Notes: generated by a model not told the origin, from the letters alone. 64,000 bases of DNA from Octopus vulgaris (GCA_951406725.2 OX597825.1:31248001-31312000), one strand, 5' to 3'; positions 42,563-56,098 are shown, numbered from the stretch's first letter. Numbers and translations: made by a program.

Positions 42563-44292
42563 TACGTGTGTGTGTGAGTAAGTGTGTATAAAACAACCTA
42601 CAAGTGAATGAATTACTAATTTATCAGACAAGACATGATGACTGTTGGTGCTCGTAATATTCTTCCCTTAGAAATTCAAGCGTCATATATCAACATGAAG
42701 AATGGCTATTAGTTGACATGTTCATGTCAGGTTTAACCTCTAGCTTAGTTTCTGATTCCTAAATGAGGATACTGTCATTCTTTCAGAATACCAATGCCAT
42801 TGGGCATATCATGCCCATTATATTTTTTACTGGGAGTCACAACACACGTGCTCTTATCTTTAATCTTGTCAGAAAATTTCTCTTAGCTGTGCCAACACTA
42901 TTTTCAATTGTTCAAAACATTTTTCTTTTTTCGTTTCTTGTTTTTTTTTAAATTTCACAAGCAACAATCCTAGATTCTCACACCCCTTGTTGCTTTGAGA
43001 AATAATGCAAAGATATGAGATTGACATGAAATAATAGTAATAATTAATTTCTTTTGTGTCTAAGTAAATGCAAAAAGATCATTCTGGTCTTTGCAAGTCT
43101 AACGCAATAGAGGTGAGTTCTCAATAACACACAAGCATAGACTGTCTGTCCTTCCCAGTTGCAATTATCTCACATGACATTACTGAGGAGTCATAGCAAC
43201 CAAGAGTTCAGCAATATATATACATATACAAAGTGGGTGTCAGAAAACTTCTTATATTATTGACCCTTCATAGAATCATTGAAACTTTTCAACCCACTCC
43301 CATCATGGATTTTTCTAAAATATAATTAAAATGTATATAAAAAAAATTCTTTATCTAAAAGCAATTGATTATGAGACTGACGCGCTGCCTACTGCACTAC
43401 CGCATTCTTTTGTGCCATTACTGCTTTTTAATAAAAAAAATATTTCAAGAAATTTAATGAAAATATTTAATGAACACTAAAACTTCAGTCAAATTATATT
43501 GATATATAATCAGAATTTTTAATGTGTAATATGTGTTTGGTGAACATTAATTATTGCATCAATATTTGGCAAAAAATTATTGAGTTTCAGCCTTCAATTA
43601 CTGCACTCCTTCTGGATTTAGTTCAATAATAATTCAGCACTCTTAATGCTCAAAGTTGTTTCATCGATTTAACAATCCCTTGGATGGTCACCTAGCAGTC
43701 AATACTGACCACTTTGCCAATCCCTGATATATAGTGGCCAAAATACCATTGTTGCCAAGATATTTAATTCTGAATAGCCCACACCACCCAGATGTAAACA
43801 GATACTAAGGTAGTGATGGCAGAATCATCAGACCCGTTGGATAGAATGCTTTACAATATTTGTTGTGACTCCTTGTTCTCTGAGTTCAAATCCTGCCAAA
43901 GTCAACTTTGCCATTCATCTTTTTTAAAGCTAATAAATATGATATCTACCCAGTACTAAAGTTAATTCTTTTCTCTCTCTCTCTCTCTCTTGCTAGAAGA
44001 GATCTAATGTGGTCAGCTTTGGAGGTGGATGATACACTCTACCAAGTTTAAGTGCAAAAGACCACAAGGTATGACAGGACCCCAATGACTCCATCAAGAG
44101 TTGAAGACTCCAGGCAAGGCAAATAAAAGCAACATGGTGTGGTGCAGCTTACTACTGCAAGCAGTGGTAACACTGTAAAGTTTCTGTGTTTTATTATCCT
44201 GCAGTACTTTGCTCAAAAACCTTTTGAGAGTTTAAAGAAAACAAGACATAGTCATTCTGGCACATTCAACCATTGAATTATTAATTGAAGAC

Positions 44293-44520
44293 TTAACCCT
44301 TTTGTTACCAACCTGGCTGAAACCAGCTCTGTCTCTGAGTACAAATGTTTTTTTTCAAAAATTCTGAATAAAAATCTTCCACCAAACATTGGTCACAATT
44401 TATGTTCCTAACACTAGCTTCATGATAACTAAGTTATGATTTTACTAAATACTTTGTTATATCTAAAGTAATTGAAAGAAACACAGCATCTCAAAATAAA
44501 TACAGTAACAAAAGGGTTAA
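44293..44520. mobile_element. piggyBac-like MITE, same family as 4607-5060
   Basis: TTAACCCTTTTGTTACC...GTAACAAAAGGGTTAA with the same internal sequence (AAAATCTTCCACCAAAC..CACAATTTATGTTCCTAACACTAG). Confidence 0.85.
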
Positions 44521-45804
44521 AGGCCTCCAGTGATGCCACACTGAACTGATAGTTTTACATAACTGATCACTACTACCACACTGTTGATGAACCAATCAGG
44601 GACCCTCTACAAGGTCATTCAACCTGGTAGAAATAGCAGCTATGTCTCTTTCAAATCATACTCCAGCATCTTTAGAAAAAGAGAAAGACATATCAGATAA
44701 TGTAGTACTAGATGGACTTTGCTTGAAAACACAAATGGAAAAGCTTTTGATCGTAGGCCTACTCAAAAAAGCTATTCTAGTGTATTCAATCCTTGAATGA
44801 TTGTACAAAGGTCAAATGTACAAAGATCAAAATGATCCAACATCCTGATAAGAGTTACAAGACTAATCAATTTGAAGTTCCTAGATCTTGAAAATGTGCA
44901 ACAATCACAATTTCTCCAAATAACACTTCTTTCTACTATAGACACAAGTCCTGAAATTTAACAGGAGTGGGATAGTCAATTACAAACCCTGATTATTCAA
45001 TCAGCATCATATTTTAATGAGCCCAGAACGACGAAAGGCAAAGTCACCCTCAGTGGAATTTGAACTCAGAACATAAAGACAGATGAAATGCATTTTGTCA
45101 AGCCTACCGATGCTTCTACCAGTTCACTGCCTTCCTTCCCACACACCAAAAGATATATATTGTCTTGATGAGCACTGAAGGTTTGCGACACACACCAGGT
45201 GTGCAGAAGCCATGATACAATTTTGATTACCAGAGACATTGGTGTGAATGTTCAACATCCCATTTCTTTCATCTAATGTCAGAAAATAACTAATCACCCA
45301 TTGATGGATTGCATTTGTAACAAATAGTGGAAGAGACATTCCATATTTAATCTGGTTTATTTCATTGGCTCTGTTGAAAGAAGTTTGCTTTCCAACAACA
45401 TGGTCCCAGGTCCAGTCCCACTGCATGGCATCTTCTACAAGAGTAGAAGATACTTGTCCAACATGCCATGCTGTGGGATTGAACTCAGAACCATGTGGTT
45501 AGGGAGCAAACTTCTTACCACACAGACACACCTATAAATATATATATATATATATATTTGCAAAGACATAATGAAAACTATTTCTCAGAGTGTTTCACAT
45601 TCCCATTCGTCAGACAGTTTTGGTTTCACATTCCCATTCATCGGACAGTTTTGGTTTAGAATTTAAACCAAAACTATCCAGCAAAGAGGAATGTGAAACT
45701 CTGAGCAACAGTCTTTGCAGCATTATCAATAAAGCATATTACTCTACCACTAGTATTTGAGTACTATTTTTTCCACCTTGTTTCACATTGTTGTGCTTAC
45801 TTTG

Positions 45805-45839
<35 letters not shown>

Positions 45840-46812
45840 CCATTTGCCATGATGGACTGCTGAAATCTACAAGTTTTTTTCATTCTCTCTCTGTTTATTT
45901 TTTCTTATTCCTCTCTGTTGAAGAGTGTAGGCTCGAAACGTAAAAGACTTTTTCATTTCCCTGAGCATCAAATTGATACACTCACTTGTTCTTCATACAC
46001 CTGTTTTCATCTTTTGTTTTTCTATAAATTTCAATTACATATGCATGTGTGTGTTTGAGTGTGTTACTAACACCATGCCTTGACTTCATGTGATAGTTGT
46101 AAAGAAATGTTACTGCCATGCAAATCATATACCTTATTCTTTACGTTCCATGAAACATTTTGGGTCATGGACAATATTACCTTACTTGGAAACAGGTGAA
46201 GGCAGACAACAGGAAAGGCTGTAGAAAATGTCACAACAAATTCCATCCGACCTATGCAAGCATGGGAAAGTGGACATGAAATGATGATGATGATGATAAC
46301 AACAACAACAATAACAATAATGACGACGATGATGATGATGTCTTTAGTACCATGGCATAATTGGTAAATACATAAATGCCTTATAGTATCTGTCTTAAAG
46401 TTAAGTTCTGTCCGTGGGTAGAATGAATACGAGACATATATTAAATAGAGTCAATAGATTATCACATATTTTGAATGCAGCAAGAAATTATTATCTTATT
46501 GATTGGCATATATACTTCTAAATTATATACCATTTTCATATTTCTAAATTATATATCGCTATCTTACCATTCTAAATTATACGGCACTTTTTTTTTCTCT
46601 AGAATTATAGACCTCATTTACATTTTTAAATTACTGTATTTTACGTTTCTAAACTAGATAGCGTTTTTTTATACAACTGTATTATATACCATTTTATATT
46701 GACAACCAACAATCGAAAAATCAATATTTTGTTATGCAATTGTATTTATTTGCCAATTCACTGAAATATCTATCGCAGTATGAAAAGTGGGAATAATTGG
46801 TGATCTGAAAGA

Positions 46813-47290
<478 letters not shown>

Positions 47291-47905
47291 GAACATATGT
47301 ATAAATTTTATATCATATATATGTGTGTATATACACACACACATACACACATGTATCTTTGGAGAGAGAGAAAGAGAGAGAGGATTTAATTATTTTAAAT
47401 TTTAGTCAATATTCTATATTATCGATGAAGAATTTTTAAAACTGTATCTTTTAATTGTTCAGATCAAATAATTTCATCCACTACTACTCCGAGTTTATCA
47501 TTTTTATGCGTTGGATTAGACGAGGCATCTCTTCGTCGCTTGAATGAATGAATGTATGAAAGTGAGAAACTCGCAAGCGAACGAATGAATGAACTCGACT
47601 ACATAGACTGTGTACACCCAAACGAACGCAGGCACGAGTGTGTGTATGTGCGAATATGCCAGTGTGACCGGCGCTGCTAAAACAACATTTACTTATCTTT
47701 TCATTTTTCTCCCCCACAATCTTTGATTGGATCATGTTAGTAAAATACACCTTCTGTATATTTTTCGACGGTTTTAATGATGTCGCATAGCATTCCTTCT
47801 TAAACGAAATAGTTTACTTTTGTCTATGGCTTCCCCCGTATTATTATCTTTAATATAGTTACGCTTGTGTGCGCGCACGCATTTGTGAGCGTGTGTTATG
47901 TATGA

Positions 47906-47948
<43 letters not shown>

Positions 47949-48910
47949 CACACAAACACTCACACGCATGCATGCATGCATGCACACCATCACCACCAAT
48001 GTTTGAGCTTTTCTGTTAAGAGTGCAGAAGCGAAATTTAGGGAAACACGACTGGGAAATTCATAACTTATGCTAATGTTGCGTAAACGCAGTATCGAAAT
48101 ATATTCGTGTACCGGGTGAAGAAATACGCTGCGTTGTCGGGACTGAACCCTTCAACACAGAATGAAGAAGCGCTAATTAGATGACACCTCTTCACACGAA
48201 GGAAACATAACACCTGTTTTTGTGTTGCATTTAATGGATTGATGCTGACCAGCAAAACGAGTGCTAGTCTTGTCGAATTCTGATAATTATATTTGTTAAA
48301 TTACACGAACAAAAAAAAAATAGTTGTTAAAACTGCGTAATAATTATAAAGGTAAACAGGTGTTCTGCGTTTGTCAAGGACATTATACGCGACAAATGTC
48401 AACAATTCGATTATTTGTTGATTCAGGTATGCACTGATTCAGATATACATTTGAATGTTCATATTTGATGACATACAATATTATTTTAACAAGAAGCGGA
48501 AACGTTATTTAAGATATTACTGCATCACTTAATATTTACAAATCTACTGCATTTAAAGATTGCTGACGGAATGAGTAAATGAAATACTACAAACAATTAT
48601 TTTTTTTTTACCTGCTACTACCTACATTAAGTTAGAAATTGTTAGGTGGCAGCGATGTGATGATATAATAAAATTAGATTTCGATCTGTTTAAAAATATG
48701 TTGACAGATGTTATTGACTATCGAGAGAGAAAAGAACAGAAATCAGCGAAATAAGTATGTGACGCGGTATGACGCTTGAATAAAAAGGATCGTGCTAGAA
48801 TGCATATATATATATGTATGTATATATATACATATATATATACATATATATATATAAGATTCTAAGATATATTTTGTTTAAAAAAAAAAAAAAAGCACGT
48901 GTTTCCATAC

Positions 48911-49045
48911 CAGTTCATCTTTGCCAACAGTCAATATCGATGTATATGCCTCTAAATAGACTCGATCTGCTGCTCTCACGATTTCTAATCCTTTCACTGT
49001 AATATCCTTTGCATCACCTAACCCAAGCCCTATGAAATAAAACAT
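48911..49045 (-). CDS. DPH5: Diphthine methyl ester synthase, first coding exon
   Basis: Reverse complement reads [45 protein letters not shown], the DPH5 N-terminus (GLGLGD motif, YLEAYTS). 135 nt, followed by GT donor (gtatgg). Confidence 0.97.
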
Positions 49046-49200
49046 GCTTTTTTTTTCCTTTCGATGTTGCGAACCTTAATATATAAACAAACTTGTAGTA
49101 GTCGGTCAAGGGAGATCACTCTAAAAACTACTCTCCTCACAAAGGTTTATGCGTGGGTGTGCATCCGTATATCTGTATGTGACGTCACAAACACATTGAT
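49046..49200 (-). promoter_or_regulatory. Probable DPH5 5' UTR/proximal promoter with perfect CRE palindrome
   Basis: Immediately upstream of the ATG; CpG-containing; 12-bp palindrome TGTGACGTCACA at 49178-49189 contains the full CRE TGACGTCA. Confidence 0.5.
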
Positions 49201-49733
49201 TATCTTCTGTCTTGGGAATATAATAATTATTTTCTTGTCTAATATATAAAGATACGCATATGAAATTACTTATAAATTACTACAATCATTTCGGGCGATT
49301 GAGTGAAGAGCAGAAAACGTATTCAGTTTATTTCATTATTTCGTTTTTATGGTTAATAACAACCAGTTATTCGTGACGTATTTTTTGTATATCATTTGAT
49401 ATTTAATGATACTTTGATATCCATAATACTTGTTCTTGAATGCACTCGCTGTATTCCACTAACAAACCGTCCTCGATAATTTATTCATGTTTGTACAGTT
49501 CCAAGGCGAGAAAGTGCATTGCTTTTCAGATAATTTATGCAGATAGCCTCTTCTTGATAACAAATGTTTAGTTTTTTTCTTTATGAGGATGCCCTCCGCG
49601 CTGATGTTTTTCTTGTCTGCATATATTATTTTTGATGCTTTTTCTCCGCGAAGCACTGGCAACAGGCGCATGCATCGAATTTGTCATTACTGACTTGTTT
49701 ATATTATCTTGTAGGAGATGTCTCTAAGTAATT

Positions 49734-50764
49734 AACTTCAGTGGTTTATATTTTTTTTACCACATGTTAGTTTAGCACATGAACTCATGTACAATATTGT
49801 ACGTCTGCTTAATGATTCTCTCATCATTACTTCGGTCAGTATGGCGAAGCTTCAACATTACTGAGGAGATATAAATAAGGCTGGAATATGTTCCACTGCT
49901 GTCTCCCCTACTTGAAGAAATTATTTAAATTAATATCAGTTTTTGGATCTTTTCCTTTTGAACGGCAGTTTTCAACACAATTTCTAGTTAACTAAACACT
50001 TTTAAACTTCTTATACTGATAGAATGTGTCAAAATAAAACATTTTTTTCTCTTGGCTTTCTTGAAAAAATTGTAATTTGTAAGTTTTAATTTTTCGAATT
50101 TTAACCAATCCTATGCCCTCTATTTAGCTAAAATCATTTGCTGCGTCTAAAACAGACAATATCTTGTCACTAACCATAACCCTCACCCTAACCCTAAATT
50201 TTAACCTTTCGGGGGTTTTTTTTCTTAATTGTTAAATTAATTTAAGGATAACAATAAAGAAAAAAATCGAAAGGCTAAAACCAAAGCAAAAACTCAAAAC
50301 AAAAACAAAACGAATAATTTTAGACACACGCGTAACAATTAAATTAATTTAACAATTAAGAAAAAAAACGAAAGGCTAAAATTTAGGGTTAGGGTTAAGG
50401 TGAGGGTTAGGGTTAGTGACAAGATGTTGTCTCAGTTTTAGACGCAGCAAATGATTTTAGCTTATTTTGACACATTCTTCCAGTATACGAAGTTTAAAAG
50501 TGTTTAGTTAACTAGAAATTGTGTTGAAAACTTCCGTTCAAAAGGAAAAGATCCAACTTCAGTGGTTTATATTTTTTTACCGCATGGTAGTTTAGCACAT
50601 GAACTCATGTACAATATTGTACGTCTGCTTAATGATTCTCTCATCATTACTTCGATTAGTATGGCGAAGCTTCAACATTACTGAGGAGATATAAATAAGG
50701 CTGGAATATGTTCCACTGCTGTCTCCCCTACTTGAAGAAATTATTTAAATTAATATCAGTTTTT
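49734..50764 (+). repeat. ~210-bp direct repeat pair (49734-49944 and 50555-50764) abutting the foldback element
   Basis: Both copies run AACTTCAGTGGTTTATA...TAATATCAGTTTTT; about 5 differences seen by eye. Confidence 0.95.
49945..50554. mobile_element. Non-autonomous foldback/MITE-like element with long TIRs and internal inverted telomere-like repeats
   Basis: Starts GGATCTTTTCCTTTTGAACGG and ends CCGTTCAAAAGGAAAAGATCC. Arms are complementary over most of their length, with CCCTAA-type repeats on the left (~50170-50197) and TTAGGG-type repeats on the right (~50383-50416). No ORF. Confidence 0.85.
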
Positions 50765-51063
50765 GATCTAATATTATCTTTTCCTCACCACATTAAAATT
50801 TCTAATTTGATTTTTGATGCTTTACACTTAATATGTTCTTATCTAACTATCGATTTTCATACAGATGGCGCCTCTGAGTAATTTGCGTTAGAGATGAAAG
50901 TTACCAATATTATAACTAATAGTTTTGTTGCTGCTGTTGCTCTTTCGGGCCTAGGTCATCCTTGATGAAGCAAGCCCACTACAAAGTGTCTTCTGCTATA
51001 GCTTCGGGCCGACCAAAGCTTTGTGAGTGGATTTGGTAGACGGAAACTGAAAGACGCCCGTTG

Positions 51064-51104
<41 letters not shown>

Positions 51105-51705
51105 TGACAACCGATGCTGGTGTGTTTACGTCCCTGTAACTTAGCGGTTCGGCAAAAGAGACCGATAGAATAAGTACTAGGCTTGCAAAAACAGAAGTCC
51201 AGGGGTCGATTTGCTCGACTGAAACAAGTAAAAGAATAAAGAGTGAGTTGAGAGAGATTTGACTGCTGTCTCTCTTGTTGGTCGAGCGGTCACATTGAGG
51301 TTTTCTCTTTGTCTCGTTATTGGTTTTATGTTTTAAGTGACGACAGCTGAGATCCCTTTAAATGTTAGTTGTGATCCTAATTATTCACATTTCTAAATAC
51401 TCTTTCATTAGTCGGTCCAGTCTACGATGACAGGTTAGAAATTGAAACCCCATGCTCAACATTAGTATTTCTGCTTTAGTGCAGTTTGTGATCCTAACTT
51501 CTTTCTTAAACGTCCTTAGTGTCAAGTAGACTCAATGTCAGGTATTTTTGAAACTAGCCACACTAAGATTTGTCTGAGTTTCCAGATATTTTATATACTG
51601 GCCTCGCTGAAGTTACTGATATACATCCAATAAATTAGTTTTGTGAAAGTAGTACAGTGCCATATGAATCGATTACACGTGAGGAACATTCATGGATTAA
51701 CACAA

Positions 51706-51954
51706 CTAGTTAATCCCTGTGAAGAGGAGAAGATAAGAGAGATAAGATACGATTAACAACAACCGATCAGTACACATCTTGAAATAGCTACAAGTTGAAT
51801 TAGCCCGCCTTTTAAATAGTTGAATCCGATCTAGACCCGTTTGGCGGAAAACCTTGCACACTTCTGAAATTGTTGCCTCAGTTACGAGCCAGCCAGTGCT
51901 TATTGATAAAACTATATTCGCGTAGTCGTTAATTCCTTTGTTTGGAAAACCTTT
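51706..51954 (-). CDS. Candidate exon (3' boundary uncertain)
   Basis: ttttcataaacag|KGFPNKGINDYANIVLSISTGWLVTEATISEVCKVFRQTGLDRIQLFKRR...; only frame 0 is open, 83 codons including TAG. A strong second acceptor lies at ~51717. Confidence 0.35.
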   Translation of the reverse strand, partial: KGFPNKGINDYANIVLSISTGWLVTEATISEVCKVFRQTGLDRIQLFKRRANSTCSYFKMCTDRLLLIVSYLSYLLLFTGIN

Positions 51955-52785
51955 CTGTTTATGAAAATATATTAAGTTACTGATTTTAAACAGAGAAAAT
52001 TTGAGAACTAAATTTCAAATCTCAGTCGGGTTCTCGCTACACTAGCAAAGCTGAAATCCACTGGACATCTACGAGCTAATGAAATATTTGCGAAGGCTCA
52101 CAGTGTAACGTGGTACATTCTTGAGTACGGGACCTAGTGGTTAGGGTGTTGCACTTACGATCGTCAGATTGTGGTTTCGATTCTCGGATGTGGCGGTGCA
52201 TTGTGTTCTTGAGCAAAACACTTCATTTCATATTGTTGTGCAACAGCTTTGAAATCTGACGTGTGACACACCATGCACCTGTACAGGTAAAGTCGATTTG
52301 ATTAAGAGAGTGATCTTATATGCAACACAGACATTTGATTATTTCATTTAAAAAATGCATCTGTGCAGCCTGTTCAGAAAGATATTGTGGAACCTTAAAC
52401 ATAACATCTTTGCAACAAGATGAGCTGGACTATGTGTTGTGATGAAATCTTTATAACAATCATGCGATCATCATAGATAGGGACATAACAAGACAGACAA
52501 ATACAAAGAATGTTGTATGAGTTCGATGAGACTTAAAAATTTAGTTGTAATATGACGTAAACGAAAACTTGGCTTAATTTTGCCTTTAAACGAATCATTG
52601 GCTTACTTTTGCCTTTACAACGAGAACTTTAGTGTGTGTGTGTTTTTTTTTTAATAAAAATAGAAAACATGACATATACTAAAACGAAAAGGGGGAAAAT
52701 GCAGGTTCCAAATTTTGAAACCGGCAGCCTATAAGGCCCAGCAACTAATTTTTCCTTTCTTCGATGATTAAGCTGGGTTACTCAC

Positions 52786-52830
52786 ACCCACCTTTCTCAT
52801 CACTTCCTTCCATCGTTTCACATACTCTTT
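52786..52830 (-). CDS. Candidate 45-nt exon
   Basis: gccacag|KEYVKRWKEVMRKVG|gtgagt; phase 0 to 0. Confidence 0.35.
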
Positions 52831-53875
52831 CTGTGGCGACACAATACAGCACAGATGACAGAAGATAAATCTTCAAACTTTCAATCACTCACGGCTCTTG
52901 CCCACAACACAATTTTATTACTGAAATGAACCTATATATCAATACAATGGTAGATACTACTAACCAAAATAGAGTAAGAAATAAGATTTAAATATGAAGA
53001 GGAGCGGGAAAAGGTAAAATACGAAGTTGTAGCAAAGTTTGTGATGATAATCTCTAGTTATCTTATTCTCTCTTTCCCTTTCTGTCTTTCTTTCTTTCTT
53101 CCTTTCTCTCTATCTCTCTCACACACACACAAACGCGTGCGCATACGCATACACACACACACTATGCTTGAAGTGTTTTTGAAGAGTATTTTAGTATATA
53201 AAATAATATATATATATGTACAAACTTACTTGGAAATGGATGCGTCGCGTTCAATTGTATATATAAGTAATATATATATATATATATACATGTATATATG
53301 GGTACAAGACCTCATCAACGGTGCAAATAGCATGAAATACATAAACACACAGAAAGGACCCTTCATCAGTTGTTGGCTGTCTATCTACTACTTATTTCGA
53401 ACATTCAACGACAATATGAATCTTCAAAGACAGTTGTTCCCATAAATTCTAAAATAAAATCTGGAGGGTGAAAGTTAGGAACAAAAACATAACAGTGGAG
53501 ACATACAAGGCAACAGAACGAAAACAAACATGAAGACTTGTTAGACCAGAACGAGAGGGAAATAGTGAACGCTGGGAGAAACATCCTTTTTTTTTAAAAA
53601 AAGAGAAAAGATAGAAGAGAGACCTCCACTGTTATGTTTTTGTTCCCAACTTTCACCCTCCATAAATCCTAAATTTCATTTTAGAATTTATGGGAGCAAC
53701 TATCTTTGAAGACTCATATTGTCGTTGAATGCTCGAAATGAGGAGTAGATAGGCAGCCGACAACTGAAGAAGGGCCTTTTCTCTGTGTTTACTTGTCCCG
53801 TTTTCCATTTTCTTCTCGTTGTTTACGTATTTCATGGTATTTGCACCGTTGGTGACGTCCTGCAGCCATATATGC

Positions 53876-53946
<71 letters not shown>

Positions 53947-54066
53947 GTGTGTGTGTGTGAAACAGACAAACAGACAGGCAGACAGAAGACAGACAGGCGG
54001 ACAGACAGATAGATCGATCGATCGATAGATAGAAAGATAGATAGACAGACAGACAAACAGATAGAT

Positions 54067-54145
<79 letters not shown>

Positions 54146-54365
54146 AGTTCGATAAGTAGAATACAGATCGATACTTAAGATTTAAGTTAAGAATATATTT
54201 CTGAGAATTCCTTGCGAAGCAATGAATGAAAAACATTAATCATTCCTTGCATTATATTAGAAGATTTAAGAAAAGCCTTATTAAAATATTATATATCTCA
54301 CCTTCAAACAGAGTGGACAGCGACAGAAATAGCTTAGAAACACTTCTTGGTATAATACTCCTTAC

Positions 54366-54435
54366 GACATTGAAGTAGTGACTCATACAGCCATGATATG
54401 TTTTCTTTACTTCGTAAGCATTTTCTTCTACGACA
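54366..54435 (-). CDS. Candidate 70-nt exon
   Basis: ttttgttatatcag|(S)VVEENAYEVKKTYHGCMSHYFNV|gtaagg; phase 2 to 0. Confidence 0.4.
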
Positions 54436-55470
54436 CTGATATAACAAAATATATTAAACAAAACTGAAATTTTTCTACTCTGCTATATCAAAGATGACCC
54501 AAACTGTTGTTTGATCAAGTAATCGTAATGATTAAAATTGTATGAAATCCGGTTATAATGCTCTTATCTCCACTTGCTTAACTAATGTTTATAAATGTCT
54601 TGGTAGAACTAACAACATCATAAAGGATACAGTGGTTGATCTCTACAACGCTCCTCTGTAGTTTACATCTATTAGATTTCAATCACTAAGCATCAATTAA
54701 TCTAAGCTTATAGTAGAAGGCATTTTTCCAAGTTGTTATCGATGGAGGTTAGTCGATATCAGCCGAGTGATTTCTGTCTATATTTCAAACATTTCCAAAA
54801 AGGATTAGCTCATATGTTTGCACTTGAAGAATATTTCAGATTGAATTTTAGATTTCTAACATCTTGTACGTCAAAATGCCACATTTTTTCTGTCGAGATA
54901 AGATTACATCTCTGCGATCCAATTAAACATATGGTAGCAGTTTTCTTCAGAGATCAGATATACATAATCTTCCGACAGAGAAATAAACAATTAATGGCTT
55001 TATAAGCTCATCAGTTAGAGCTAATTGAAAATTTCCGTTTTAGTAATATCAGAGCTTTCGCTGGCAGTAAATTTAATTAAACGTTAAATTTTACACGAAA
55101 CAAGTGACATGTCGAATAAATACAAAGAGGGCGTGAAATAAGGCAAGATTTAACTAAAGTTGCGTCTCAGATTAATGTAAATAACGATTTGTCGATTCTG
55201 GTGAATTATTGATTCATGAGAATTATTACCTTGCCTTCCCATTTGGACAATGTACTAACCACTAACGAGTGGTCCGACATCTCTAGAAGCGGCGATAATT
55301 TCAATAAATCTAGAATATATCATGTATTATATATTTATCATACTCATTCGTCTTGTTATTCAGTTACTTGCCATTGCTTCAATATCGTTTTCGTTACGCG
55401 CGCGTGCACATACACATACAAACACATGGTGGGGTATAAGCTTATACACACACACACACATATATATATA

Positions 55471-55560
<90 letters not shown>

Positions 55561-55867
55561 CTTATAAACTTCTCTTGTTGGGATCACTAGCACTATTATT
55601 ATCGCCCTTTCATTCAACCTCTTTTTTCTATTATTATCTCCCTTTCATCCTCTTTTTTTCCCCAGTCATTACCATGCTGGACCGCTGAACTCAATACGTT
55701 GTTTTTTTTTTTTTCATTCTCTTTCAGTTTATTTCATTTTATTCTTTTCTGTTGAATGCATAGGCTCGAAACGTGAAAGACGTTTTCATTTTTCCCGAGC
55801 GTTAAACTAATACACTTGCTTGTTACTCATGCACCTGTTTTCGTCTTTTGTTTTTCTATAAATTTCA

Positions 55868-55924
<57 letters not shown>

Positions 55925-56032
55925 AACATATATAAATAGAGGAATGTATCTGGTAAGACAGCAAAAGAAAGAAAGAGACCTCGATATTATGTAAATAGAG
56001 GTCTCTTTCTTTTGCTGTCTTACCGTTTTTAT

Positions 56033-56084
<52 letters not shown>

Positions 56085-56098
56085 TATATAATACATAC

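Noticed and set aside
49459-49710. Short minus-strand ORFs upstream of DPH5
   Set aside because: No recognisable protein features or consistent splice chain; the DPH5 start at 49045 is already complete.
50170-50416. True telomere or telomere-fusion site
   Set aside because: Only a few degenerate units; the orientation is CCCTAA then TTAGGG (opposite to an end-to-end fusion), and they are embedded in the arms of a foldback element.
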